From: Callorhinchus milii
Taxonomy: Eukaryota
Direction of reading: 5' to 3'
Length of the DNA: 64,000 bases
Assembly: GCF_018977255.1 (NCBI RefSeq)
Contig: NW_024704742.1
Span: forward strand, 131,194,001-131,258,000
The position numbers and the translations under genes were made by a program. How positions within the stretch are numbered: position 1 is the stretch's first letter; every line of letters starts with the position of its first letter. Under the pieces are notes generated by a model. The model saw nothing but the letters and a program-made list of their open reading frames with translations. It made no database searches and had not been told where the DNA came from. Positions 12,801 through 25,060 of this stretch are shown here, piece after piece.

Positions 12801-14085
12801 GGAGGAATCTGCCAACGAGATCCGATTATGAAGATCTGCACCAAACACGTCCGCAGCTAATCAGGCCGACAGATCCTCTGGGCTATGTAAAATGCACAGG
12901 TTTTAAGGCTGTGCAAACCTTCTAAAACATCTACACAAAAAGTTTACATCAATTTACTGGCCGCATGTAAGATTCTGAAAAGATAACGAGCAACTCACAG
13001 TTGCCTGGAAACTAATTTTTTTCCAAACAACTGAAGCGTACCCAAAGGTTTGAAATACTCCCATTTGCCTGACAGTTTAGACAGGCAATATTCTAGTCCT
13101 CCACAAACAGTCATGTAGACTTGTAGATCTTACAATTTGCTAGTATTTGTTCAACTAGCTTAAACGGAACAGATTTTTTTTAAAAAAAAAATCCTTCTCA
13201 GCCTGAGGAAACCTGTCACGCGACAGAGAAAACCTACATTGTACTGTTCAGCAGGTTGATCAGTCCGGCTAGGTTGATCGCATTCTGACCTCTGAGTCAG
13301 AGAGTCCTGGGTACAAGACCAAGTGCTGGGGGTGCACCGCATTTTTGGAGGTGCCGTCCTGCAGTTAAACTGAGGACCTGTCTGCCTGTTCAGGTGGACG
13401 TCAAAGGACGTCATGGCATCATTAAAATATAATAATCCTTATAATCCTTGTATTTGAGAAGAGAGTTTTCCCAGTGTCCTGGCCAAAAATCCTCCAGATA
13501 AAATCAATCATTCACTTCATGGTTTATCTTAGTGATAGATGATAATAATACTGCTAATCCTTGCATTTGATATAGCGCCTTATACATCTTTGAGGCGTGT
13601 CAAAGAGTTTCACAGAATATACTGTGAAGTGAATTGAGAGTATACTTTGTAGGCGAAACGCGGCAGCCATTTGTAGTGAATTAGCTGCTTGTAGCCAAGG
13701 CAGCATTTAGGCTTCAGAACTCATAGGTGAGAGTTTCCCCTCTTGATCTGGATCAAAAGGAAAACAGAAATGTACCCATGTGTGAAGGCTGAATGAGTTT
13801 TTTTTTTAAAAAAAGCAGTTGAGTGTGAAACCCATCGTCATGTTGAAAGCCTATCCAAACCAAACTACTGACAGTTCCACACATGCATAGAATTTTCCCT
13901 TCGTCTGGGATGGAATGTGCACTCTCTCCCCAAAGGGACGCATCATGTTTGTCTAAATCCCAGAGAGTATTAGGCGCAGGCCAGCACCAAGCCTTTGGGC
14001 TCCCCCAGAGTGTGCATCAGATGTGCATCAAATTCAGCTATGAACAGACCTGGCTTGATTGCACCCCCCTTCCCTGAGGTCAAGT

Positions 14086-14282
14086 AGAATCATAGAATTA
14101 TACAGCATAGAAAGAGGCCATTCGGCCCCATCGTGTCTGTGCTGGCTCTTTGAAAGAGCTATCCAATTCAATCCCACTCCTCCGTCTCTCCCCATAGCCC
14201 TGCAAACTTGTCCTCAACAAATAATTATCTACTTCTTTCTTAAAAGTTATCATCAAATTAGCTTCCACCATCCTTTCAGGCA
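14086..14282 (-). mobile_element. CR1-clade LINE 3' end
   Basis: agaatcatagaattatacagcatagaaagaggccattcggccc; homologous to 21378-21585(+), 16908-17036(-) and 23878-24070(-). Confidence 0.82.
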
Positions 14283-16579
14283 ACACAAAAAGACTGGCAA
14301 CACTCAACAAAACTATTGGGCAAGTTACTGGAAGATTACCTGAGTGTGGACTGTACCCCAGTTGAAGGAAAAATTATTTAAGTGCTGTCAGTGGCGGAGA
14401 AAAATTGGAGGCAAGATTTCAAACCAATTGCAGCAATATTAATAGAACCTCGGAACTATCCAGCGTTTGAAATCAGGACTTCAAGGTGACTTGGGTTGTG
14501 GATGGGAACACAGGAAAAGTAAGCCAAACTGGGTCAGGTTCAACAGAATGCTGGTGGAACGGCGCTGAACTGGTTGGAAAGTCAGCCAAAGGACAATATC
14601 TGATAATGGACCCGTCAATCAATATTAAAAAATATGACATTCAGCAATAACCTCAACTTATTGATCTATTTATCTCATCTGCACAAAGAGTCTCCAATGA
14701 AAAGTACCATCACATTAGGAGCATAGACGCAACTGTGCAGAAACTTTGGAGCGAATGCCAAGATGCTTGATTGAACGGTGCACAGTTCAAGTCCATTACC
14801 ACAAGTTGTTAGGCACTGAATTTATTTCATTCTCACAGTAGGACGCCGAACGCTAGCATCTGAATGGACCCTACAACAGCTGAAAGGCATGGCATTCGCT
14901 GCCCTGACTTCACTGGAGATGGAATCAATGTTCCTGCCATTGACAAGAGAGGTGGGGGGTGGGGGGGCTGGAACGGTTACCATTTCGGAAGAGAACAGCT
15001 TGAACAATTCCCAATTAGGCTTTCCTGTCAACCAACTCTCTCTCACCACTCCCCTCCCACCCCCACTCCCGATTCCACTTCACAGGCTCCGTCACTCCAG
15101 GTGGTACTGAGGGAGGTGTGACCAATTGGTCAGAGCCGCCATCAATCAATTCTAGACCAACTCAACCGCAGCATTTTTTTGGAACAAAGCTCATGCCTCT
15201 TCTAACTTCACAGTAAGTGTATGAAAATCTGGCCGTTTGATAACTCGGGTTTCTAAAATACTTCCCAGATAGCCAAGCGACTGATCATATATTATATTTA
15301 AATATAAAGACAGATGCTCCTCCAATCAGGCTAAATAAGAGAGATTAAGCCGCACCTTTATAAAACAAATTGATAGATAATCGCACAATAGGGTTTTGCA
15401 TAATTGTGAGTCTGGGAATATGCATGATGCTACTGTCTCAACCGGCTTGCTACCCGCTCTTTGATCTTCTTAGAACACCTTCTCTCCAAAAGAGAAAATT
15501 CACAGGATGCTAAAAAACACATTGGCAGAATCCCAGGTACTAGTGTGGCGGTGCCGTTTGTTTTGACCAAGTGAAAATGCTGAAGAGATCTACCTCAGTC
15601 TCCGGAATCATTCTCCTTCCCTGCTCCCATTCCTCTCCCAGCTTTCCTGACCTCGAGATAGTAGTTAGGGTCATTCAATCTTCCATTTGAATTCTCAATC
15701 ATGAAAAACAGTGGTTTAATCAATTCAGGTGGACGTTAAAAATCCCATGGCACTATTCAACAACGAGAGCAGAGCACTTTGTCTAGGATAATGCTTTGGA
15801 GCACTTCAGTGGTGGGATTGGACACCGAGCTAGGAGGAAAGCGTGGGGGAAAAGAGATGACCAGAGGCACGTTGAAGAGATGGGTTTCAAGATGGAATTT
15901 GAAGACAGATAGACAGTGGACAAGGTGCCTGATGGGATGCTGTGCCTGAAAATTCACACCTTGTTCTTCAGGGTTTTTTGAGACACCGCAAAGTGCATTA
16001 TGTGAATAAAGCTGGGTATGTCCATTGCAAACTGAACTTCTCTGCCTTCTCCCTCCTATAAATAAAACCATAGAGCAGTCAACTCCACTCAAGCGTACAC
16101 CTCCTTCAGCAAAGACAGAATTCCAAAGTAGCAAACCCAATCCCCTTGTACGGATTTCCTCAACCAAACGAAACTCGTTCCACGATTTCTACAATTCTTT
16201 TTAATGCTTACTAATGCGGCCACTCGGCTGGAGACAATAGCACGTTTAAGAAATGAATTGCTTCGATGTGAAACAGAAGCTTTTGTTCAATGTTTTCTGT
16301 TTTGCTTTGCTCTTACGCTGAATTGTTCAGTGAACAATTGATTGGAATGAGTGTAGCACGTTGAGCAAAGTGGCAATTTTTATCTGGGGCACACAGAAAG
16401 CATCCAGCAACACAACATTTCTTGGCAAACATACTGCACATTTAACAGATCCAGTTTTGCATTCTTGGCAGGGATGGCTTTAGAGAGCTTCTTCCTTTCT
16501 ATTTTTGTTTCATTTCCTGGCCAATTTTTCTCCTCCGATTTTCTCTCATCCCCTCGCTACTCCTTTTCCTTCTACAGTT

Positions 16580-17110
16580 CAGGGTGGCTCAGGTGGTAGC
16601 ACTCTTGCCTCTCAGTCAGAAGATTGTGGGTTCAAGCCTTGTATCACAGTCTATGCACTACATTGTCAGAGTTGCCATCCTTCAGATAACACTTTAAACC
16701 GAGGACCCATCTATCTATTCAGGTGAACATTAAAGTTCCTATGGCACTATTCCAAAAGAGAAGGGAGTTTCTTTCAGTGTCCTGGCCAACAATCCTCCAG
16801 AAAGAAGAAAAAAATGTCATTCACTTCATGGCTGTTTGTGGGTCATTGCTGTGTGAAAATTGGCTGCTGCGTTCGTCTACAAAACATAGTCACAATCCTC
16901 CATGGTAAATCATAGAATCATAGAAAGAGGCCATTCGGCCCATCCTGTCTTGCCGGCTCTTTGAAAAGAGCTATCGAATTCAATCCTATTCCCCCACACT
17001 TTCTCCATAGCTCTGCACACTTGTCCTTCCCAAATATTGTGAAATGACTTGAGATATTTTGACGACATGATATGGTGCCAAATTATATCTAATGGAAGAT
17101 TATTAAGATT
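16580..17110 (+). mobile_element. SINE family B interrupted by an antiparallel CR1 3' end (16908-17036)
   Basis: Head ggctcaggtggtagcactcttgcctctcagtcagaagattgtgggttcaagcc; the tail resumes after the CR1 piece. Confidence 0.78.
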
Positions 17111-17271
17111 ACAGTTCAGAGGGCTCTGGTTAAATCATCAGAGTGACCATTAAACATGAGTGAGTATTGACAGGAAGTATCACCAGGGTATTTACTCAAC
17201 AATAGGTGGCAAAAGAGCTAAGCCCAAATCACTCCTCACCGAACTTCCATACAAAAGCACTTTCTCGGCTG

Positions 17272-17324
17272 TGCAGTGATGAAATGTCTATTCAGTGAGG
17301 CTGAATAGACATTTCATCACTGCA
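17272..17324. repeat. Perfect 24-bp inverted repeat with a 5-nt loop
   Basis: tgcagtgatgaaatgtctattcag-tgagg-ctgaatagacatttcatcactgca. Confidence 0.97.
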
Positions 17325-20300
17325 TAGACTAGACTAGGAGGTGCTTGTGCGGGAACAGATCATTCAGATGCATGTGGTTGGAAAGCGCAACAAAGGTGTC
17401 TGGAAAGCAGTTAGGAGCGCGCATAAGAACATAAGAAATGTTAGACTAAAAAAAATCCATCTAGTTCGCCTTCGCCTTCTACCTTCCTGGTGATCCCATG
17501 CACACATGTCCCTGGCATCTGAATGATCTTCCTATTGCTATCTTCATGGTAGAGTCCCAAACTGTGACCTTAAGGCTGAGATCAGCTGCCTCCAAACAGT
17601 CAGGGAATTGAACCTGTGATCCTCTAGGCTTGTATGGCCAACTAGTTGGACATTGCCTTTAACCCACCAGGGGAGGTCTTATACTCCCACATTTCATTAG
17701 ACTTGAAATGTCAGACTCAATTGGCACATGTTTTGCAACACAGTCTTATGAGGAGAATCCACAGGGTATTTTTTTTAGGATCAGTACAGGATGTGAAGGA
17801 TAACTATGTTTTTTTTGGTACATAGCATGTTGCTAGTCAACGTGTAGAGCTCATTCCAACTATGAACTGCACATGCTGCCAGAGATTAAGAAATATTAAA
17901 GATTTTTTTTCTCAAACTGGAGATGAATGAATAGTGCAGTGCGATACGATACACTTTACATTGATACAAAACCTTTCACGTCAGGAGGATATCCAAATTA
18001 CTTGACAGTTCTGGCCGGGCACCATAGCTGAGGGTGGGAGCTGGAGGGAGAGGGAGAGGGATCTGAGGAGGAGAAACATGTCTGAAGGCACGTGCAAAGA
18101 GGTACGTTTTGAGACATACTTTGAAAGGAAGGAACCTGGGAATGCTATAAAAGCTATAAAAGCATTACATGTATATTTTAATCCATGGTTCAATGTGAAA
18201 GGGACTGGAAAGTGGAAGGCAATGCTCATTTCTAACGTTATTAAGTGACCTTGAATCATGATTGCGATGGTGTAATGGCCCTGAGTATTGAGTGCAGTGA
18301 TGAAACATCTATTCAGTGAGGCCGGTTCATGTGGTTCGAGAGTCCAACATGGGTGGAAGCAATGCCCTTCAGAGTAACAAGGAAACAATTCCAGATTGGG
18401 TATGACCACGTTGAAAGGTCAGAAGTCGTCATGAAGCCTTAAAGCATTGATGTATTAAACGTACAGGAGGAGTGGAAAGTTTTTGGAGTTCTTTTAACTG
18501 ACGGACAGGTCAAGTGGGGCAGTGATGGATGGCTCTAATGATAGAACAATGGCTTTAAGTGCAGTGAGATGCACTCTCATTTCTTTGCAGTTACAGGGGA
18601 CCTTTACAATCAGGACCCCTTATGTATTGGAAGGTTGAACTGCATTGTGAGTTTCAGGCGATGTCATAACCTGGAAAAGCAGGTTATGAGCAGCACTTGT
18701 AAACTCAGACCTGCTATAGACTTGAACCAACCTCCCGGTATTTTTAAAAAAAAAGAAATAATAGGGCAATGAGGTGAAAAACACGCTATCTGAATTGATC
18801 AATTAAATCGCTGAAAAGTGGAAGCCGAATCCATCTTTGCTTATCGTCAGGGTTAAGAATGAAGACCCCATCATTTCCATTCCCCAGCACTACACTAACG
18901 TGTTAATCTAGGATGGAGTTCAGAGTTTATGCAACTCTCTGTCCTCTATTCCAGTACGGAACCCATTAAAATGTACAATACTGCCATAGTGCTAAGGCAT
19001 AGTTTTTCCACGTGCTACCTCTGGTAGTTATTGCCAATCTCGCTGTATTCATGAGGGATCGGTTCTATAAGTGCAGCAAAACTGTGAAAATCCTCTGGGA
19101 GCAGAGCCGGGCTAAGCTGGGTTTTAGTGCACAATGTTACTGCAATGCAATTGAAGTTGCGAGCCCTGTATTTGTGGAATGTGGATCGTGGGAATATGGA
19201 CTAGGCACTAATTAACAAATCATCGGTGTTGTTAGAGTTCATATGTATAAGGGGAATGTTACAAGGGAGCAATGCATTGAGGAGCTGTGCTTACTCTATA
19301 GGCCTAGAGAAGCAGATCATAGGAAAGCACTGAAGATGAAAGATTCACCTCATCCATCAGGCCCATTCTTTCATTGACCAAATGCAATCTATCACGAACA
19401 CACCCAAGATATTTAATTTCCTGTAGAAAGGTCTGCAAATTTCTCCCTTTGCTCTCAAAAGTAAATCCAGCAGAATGACTAACCATACACATTAAGTTGT
19501 ACCCACAAGAACAAAATACAAGCAGTTTATCAATGTCATCACAACACCTTAAGGACGCATTAACTTGTGTTGTTCGATGTAACATACAGAGGTAGAGTTG
19601 GTGTGTGTGTGTGTCCAGTTGGGGTGGGGAGGCATTGTGTTTCTGCTGAGGTTTGCATTGGTTGACAGTAGGATTCACGGCAAACAGCAATGAATGGCAG
19701 GTGCCCTTAGTCCAACTACCAGAATAGAACTCACATCTATGATAGGTACTATGTAGTTTGAATGCTCTGATGTTGGGATTAATTACAGTACATGTTCTGA
19801 GGGAGTTGCACACCTTATACTTTATTGTATGACAGTGTCACAGCATTAGGGTTTATGAAGGGATCTGAACCTTGTGCCTAGATGCTATCCTATGGTTAGG
19901 ACAATAAAGGAGTTCAAATCACATCATAAACTACACAAGCGGTTGATAAGATCCATTTTGACATCAACATGTCTCAGTCATCTATTGAAGCTGCTCAGGC
20001 TTTCTATACATACACCGATGCTGGCAGTAAAACATAATGATTTGGAAGCCCTGGTGCATCGCAGGAATCAGAATATAAAATGACTTTGTGGGCGAGGGCT
20101 AAAACTCCATGAAACCAGTGAGTAAATCTTTTCTCAGGGGGTAATCAACGACTGGAACAGGTTGCCAGGAAAGGTGACAGAGGCTAGGACATTGAACTTG
20201 TTTATAAATCAGCTTGATGCTGTGACTGAGGGCGGGGTGTTCTGGAGGGACACGATCGGATGGGCCAAAGGACCTTCTTCATCCCATACATGCATGGAGT

Positions 20301-21377
20301 CTGGCCAGACTGAAGACAATCCAGCAACACAAAACTAGTCTGGCCAAAGAGGCTTTGCTTTGCAACCTTTTGCTGGACTTACCTTTGTAAGGATTTTTTT
20401 GTAGCCTAGAAAAGTTTAACACCTGGTTGAAAAAGCAAACTGCCAGCAGCAACTAAACGGAATTTTCTCATGAGGTTATATTTCTTCAAGAAGTAGTATT
20501 TCGTCAGCAAATGTTGAAACTTCTTTTGCAAAAGTAGAGAAGTGAATTCTGTGTTTTAGACACCCCTCTCCTCCCAACTGTTGGATTTTAATATTTTTAA
20601 TCGTACTTTAAAAAAATGTTTCAACATTTAAATCATATAACTTTTTTTCAAAATTCACATTATTGATCCAAATTGAAAGGCTTGTTACACCTCAGACAGT
20701 CTATATAAAAAAGGTCAAATAACCAACATGTGGTAAACCCTCCACTGAAGTCATTATAGCACCATCTATCTTATCTCTCGTTGACAACCCATTGATTGAG
20801 GTCAGTGCCTTGGTAACTCTGGAAACTCTTCTCTTAATAATTTAAATACATTGGCAAACCCAGCCGGTTTTAACTTATTCATACGTGTGTAAATGTTTCT
20901 AAAAGATTCTCAAATTCAATTTAGTTCTCTGAATGTACTGACAAGAGCCCACCAACACCATCTATGAGGTATGCCCTCTCATCTCTTTCAAATTACCCGA
21001 ATGAATGTTATTTAATCCGAGGATGATTTAAGGTTAGTCTATTTTTTTTGTGTGAGTTTCTTTTAAGAACTGCAGTGAACCGGCTTCAAAGCTAAGGCTG
21101 AATTCAACGGTTTGCCAAACTCTGGATGCTCTGAAATGCTATGCAAATGGGATAAAACTAGACCCAGGTGGAACTTCTTCCCTATAGTGTGACCATCTGA
21201 TCAGTTGTGAAATGCAAATCTTTACACTGTAACTCTGTGTCACCTTCCTACACCATTTTTTACAGTTTATATAACCTTTATTGTATTAATTATTGTTGAG
21301 TCCACGATGATATTCCAAGTCTGAAATCCCACCGAGTCCCAAAATGATTTTGTTTTAAGATTTAAGATCAAATTACA

Positions 21378-21585
21378 ATCTGGAATGCACTGCCTGAAAG
21401 AATGGTGGAAGCAGATTCAATAATAACTTTCAAAAGGGATTTGGATATATGCTTGAAAAGAAAAAAACTGCATGGCTATGGATAAAGAGCGGGGAAGTGG
21501 GACTAATTGGGTAGCTCTTTCAAAGAGTCGGCACAGGCACGATGGGCTGAATGGCCTCCTTCTGTGCTGCAGGATTCTATGATTC
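21378..21585 (+). mobile_element. CR1-clade LINE 3' end
   Basis: IWNALPERMVEADSIITFKRDLDI ORF2 C-terminus, then gatgggctgaatggcctccttctgtgctgc...attctatgattc. Confidence 0.85.
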
Positions 21586-22674
21586 CGTGATCGTGCAGAA
21601 CTTTCCACAATTCTGTGTGGTATAACATTTTTAAGACAAAATGGTCTAGCAAGCTAAGGCTATGCTTATAGCAGCATTAGGAACTAAATATTGGAGTGAT
21701 ATTTATGATCTTCCTTAACCCATTTGCCGTGTAAATTAGCATTGGCGCGTAATACAAAATGGTTTGAAATTCAGGATTAAACGTTAACATGAATGATCGG
21801 CAGAGTTAAAGCTTACCAATGTCACCTTGTCTGTTCCAGAGGTCTCTGTATTGTACTCTAATCTACACGCATGCCAGAGCTTCTCAGTTTATAAAAAAAC
21901 TACAAGAAACCAACTTTATACAGTTGGTTCCTTGATATACTTGATTATAAAGCTATTGTGCTTTGGGGGAAGCTAATTTCCCTCAATCCACCAAACCAAA
22001 GATATCCTTCAGATTTCAGTGTTTAAAATTCAGAATGGTCTATCATCAAACTAAAAACTATATTGCCCCGCATGACTTGAATTGCTGTGTTTAATCCTTT
22101 TCAGTGATGCACTTATCAGCTATCTAAATACTCAGAACCCACTGGGATCTACAGGATATCCACAAAATCCTCTTATTCCCCTGTTGCAAAACTGCGATAT
22201 GAAATTACGGAGGAGCTGAAACAAGCTGTTAGAGATGTATTTACCCTCGTCACTCCTTCCATGTTATGGAAGATGTTGCAAAATCATGACGCTCACCGAA
22301 ACTCTAGATGTCTAACTACAGTTAAACACTTGTACTGAATACAAATAAGTACTTCTAAATACTATTATCATCACTCTTCAGTCATTGGTTAGTACACTGT
22401 GTAAAAAAAATGGCAGTAATAGGACTTTGTGGACACCCTGTACAATCGCTTTTGCACAGGTGAAACTGACCTGAAATCAACATTGATCATTAGAAAAAAG
22501 GACACGACAGCTTTAAGATGAAATACAATGAAACTGAACCATGGAGCCATTGCCTTGCACAACTGATGGCCTTTGCCACAAAACCTCCCTCGACATAGCC
22601 TTGCTTGAGAAACAGAGCAATAATCAGCTTAGTTGTACTCAGCACTATGACTTGTAGCAACAAAGATAAAGTAC

Positions 22675-22723
22675 CTCCTCTGCTCTCACTGTCCGCAGGC
22701 TTCACCTGGATCGGTCTGTTCAT
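22675..22723 (-). CDS. CELF4: Internal 49-nt coding exon of a CELF3/4/5/6-subfamily (Bruno-like) RNA-binding protein, encoding the RRM1 end/linker MNRPIQVKPADSESRG (exon 3 equivalent)
   Basis: Minus strand reads ...ttctttgaattcacag|ATG AAC AGA CCG ATC CAG GTG AAG CCT GCG GAC AGT GAG AGC AGA GGA G|gtactt, with canonical AG/GT, a pyrimidine tract and a branch-point motif. The peptide matches CELF3/CELF4 as I recall them. CELF4 is inferred from the very long flanking introns (no neighbouring exon found in >41 kb upstream or >22 kb downstream). Paralog identity is much less certain than family identity. Confidence 0.9.
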
Positions 22724-22761
22724 CTGTGAATTCAAAGAAAGGAGCAAAGGTCAGTCATGCA
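22724..22761 (-). promoter_or_regulatory. 3' splice-site region of the CELF exon: TGCATG (RBFOX motif), CTGAC branch point, polypyrimidine tract, CAG acceptor
   Basis: Sense sequence TGCATGACTGACCTTTGCTCCTTTCTTTGAATTCACAG; predicted branch A at 22751 (-28). Confidence 0.75.
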
Positions 22762-22789
22762 AGTTCTGAATTATTTATAACAATAACGA

Positions 22790-23190
22790 TATAATAGCCC
22801 TTGCATTTGATATTTCATATTTGTCTCAAAGTACTTTGCAGGATTCACTGTAAAGTATAGTGACTGTGTCTTTGTAGGTGAGCTCGGCAGCAAAGTGGCA
22901 CAGAGCAAATCCCACACTCAGTCATGTTGTGAATACTGATTTTTTTCTATTTGGGAATTGTTGGCTAAGACACCACAGGCAATTCTCTTCTCTTTTCAAG
23001 TTGTGTCATGGGATTGTTTAATGTCCACCTGAACAGGCAGACAGGACTTTGGTCTCATCTAAAGAATGGCACCTCCAACAACTCAATGCACCCGGTCGGA
23101 ACTGAATTGTCAGCCTGGGCTATTTGGGTTCAGGGTGGGACGTGGACCCACGATCTTCTGACTCAGAAGCTGACTGTACTACCAATTGAA
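22790..23190 (-). mobile_element. SINE family B, about 65 nt upstream of the CELF exon acceptor
   Basis: Head, body, core and tail colinear with other copies. Confidence 0.78.
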
Positions 23191-24699
23191 CTGCTTCTTA
23201 AATAATAATAATCCTGGATTTGATATGCGCCTTATAACGTTGTTTAGCTGTCTCAAAGCACTTCACAAAATATACTGTAAAGTGGAGTCACTGTGTACTT
23301 TGTGGGCCAAACACAGCAGCAATTGTGTACAGCGACATCCCACAAACATTCGTAAATGAATCCAATCTCTCGATTTCCTGATAACCCATTCCATTACTCT
23401 CTGCATGTCCCTCGAAACGAGTCACTGAACGGCAGCAACACAAACAGGCCAGGCTGCCTGTCTGACAACTCAACAGGGATAGTCCCAAAGGACAAATAGG
23501 GGTAAAACACGAAGGACCACAATCAATTTTGTTTCCACAAGGAGGCATCGACAAAGGCTTCACTGAAGCAAAATTATGTAGGATTGCTGCTCTCAGTGAA
23601 TACAAATTGAAAGATCAAAATTATTTCATATCTCAACTTGCTTTCCATTTCTTTGACCTCAATAATTTAAATTGCTCTTCAATTAATATTTTTCATTATT
23701 TATGCAAGTTACACATTTACAGCGCAAGTTACATATTTGTCATGTCCTGAATCGTGTTCTGTGCACATGATGAAAGAAGTGCCTTTTGATTATTTCCACC
23801 GTCGGGTTACCATAGCGATGTAATTTTTTTTTCCACCCCAGTGCGTTTCTGATAGAATTCAGGGATAAGAATAGGAAATCACAGAATCATAGAATTTCAC
23901 AGCGCAGAAGGAGGACATTTGGCTTGTGGTGTCTGTGTCGGGTCTCTGAAAGAGTCAGTCTTTTGATCCCATTCCTGCGTTTTTCCTTTTGAGATGTTTG
24001 TTTTATTCCCTTTTTAAAAAGGGATCACAGATTCTGCTTCAACCAATGTTTTTGGCGTTCTATGTCCTTACTTGTTTCTTTTTGCTAATGTCTCCCTTTG
24101 ATATTTTGGTAACACGGCAACGAGTGAGGAATTGGAGGTGGTGATGGGTGAGGGGGGACGTAAATCAGGAAGTATGGAAACTGATAAAATAATACTTGCA
24201 TTTGATACAATGCCTTTCATGTCGGGAGGTTGTCACAAAGCACTTCACAGGATATACTGTAAAGTGAAGTGACTGTGCCTTTTTTTAGGGGATGGTGAAG
24301 AAACTACTGAAAAACAGCTTTAAAATTGGAACTCATTGCCCGAAACAGTGGTTGAAGCAGATGGTACAGATACATTTAAGAGGAAGCCAGATATACACAT
24401 GAGGGAGAAGGGAATAGAAAGGTATGGGAGGGAATATAGAGGGGTAGAGACTCATGTGGAGTGGAAACACCGACACAGACTAGTTGGGCTGAATGGCCTG
24501 TTTCCGTGCTGTATAGCCTTTGTAAATCCAGCACTTTAGGACGTCCTCCCAACATCAAAGGCACTATTTAAATGCAATTCGTTGTTTGTTGTTGTTTTCT
24601 GTAGACACTTTCAAGAAGCTCTGAAATTCTAAGAAAAAAAATGTAAGCCTATATACTCTGGCACAATTTTTCCCTTCTTTGAGTTCATAATGCAGGCAG

Positions 24700-25060
24700 A
24701 CACTCCAGTGCCACACAGAAAGGTGCTAAAGAGCGTGGGAGGAAACATCTGTGGTCAAAGAAGTTAGTCTTGAAGTGGGTTTTGAAAGCGAGTTAGGAGG
24801 GAGGCAAGTCAGAGTCTGTGACTCCAGGATGGAGTTGCAGAGAGAAGGGACAAGATGGTTGAAAGCTTACCTACTGATGGTAGGGCAAAATGACTGCGGG
24901 GTGGGGTAAGACATGAAGCAGGCTGGTCTTCAGTGGGAGTGGTTGGGTCTATAGTGTGACGAGGGGCCTGGAGGGGTATAGGGTGCGGAGAGGAGACGGA
25001 GGGCTTTTGATCGCGAGAGTAAGAATCTTCAACCCGATCCTGCGCTGGATGCTCGAGACA
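24700..25060 (-). mobile_element. Old L2 3' fragment
   Basis: IQRRIGLKILTLAIK resembles the L2 ORF2 C-terminus; purine-rich plus strand. Confidence 0.6.

Noticed and set aside
22490..22674. ORF extension beyond the exon (GTLSLLLQVIVL...)
   Set aside because: Read-through past the GT donor into intron; no resemblance to the CELF continuation (EDRKLFVGML) or to the mammalian CELF4 GSSCLRQPPS extension.
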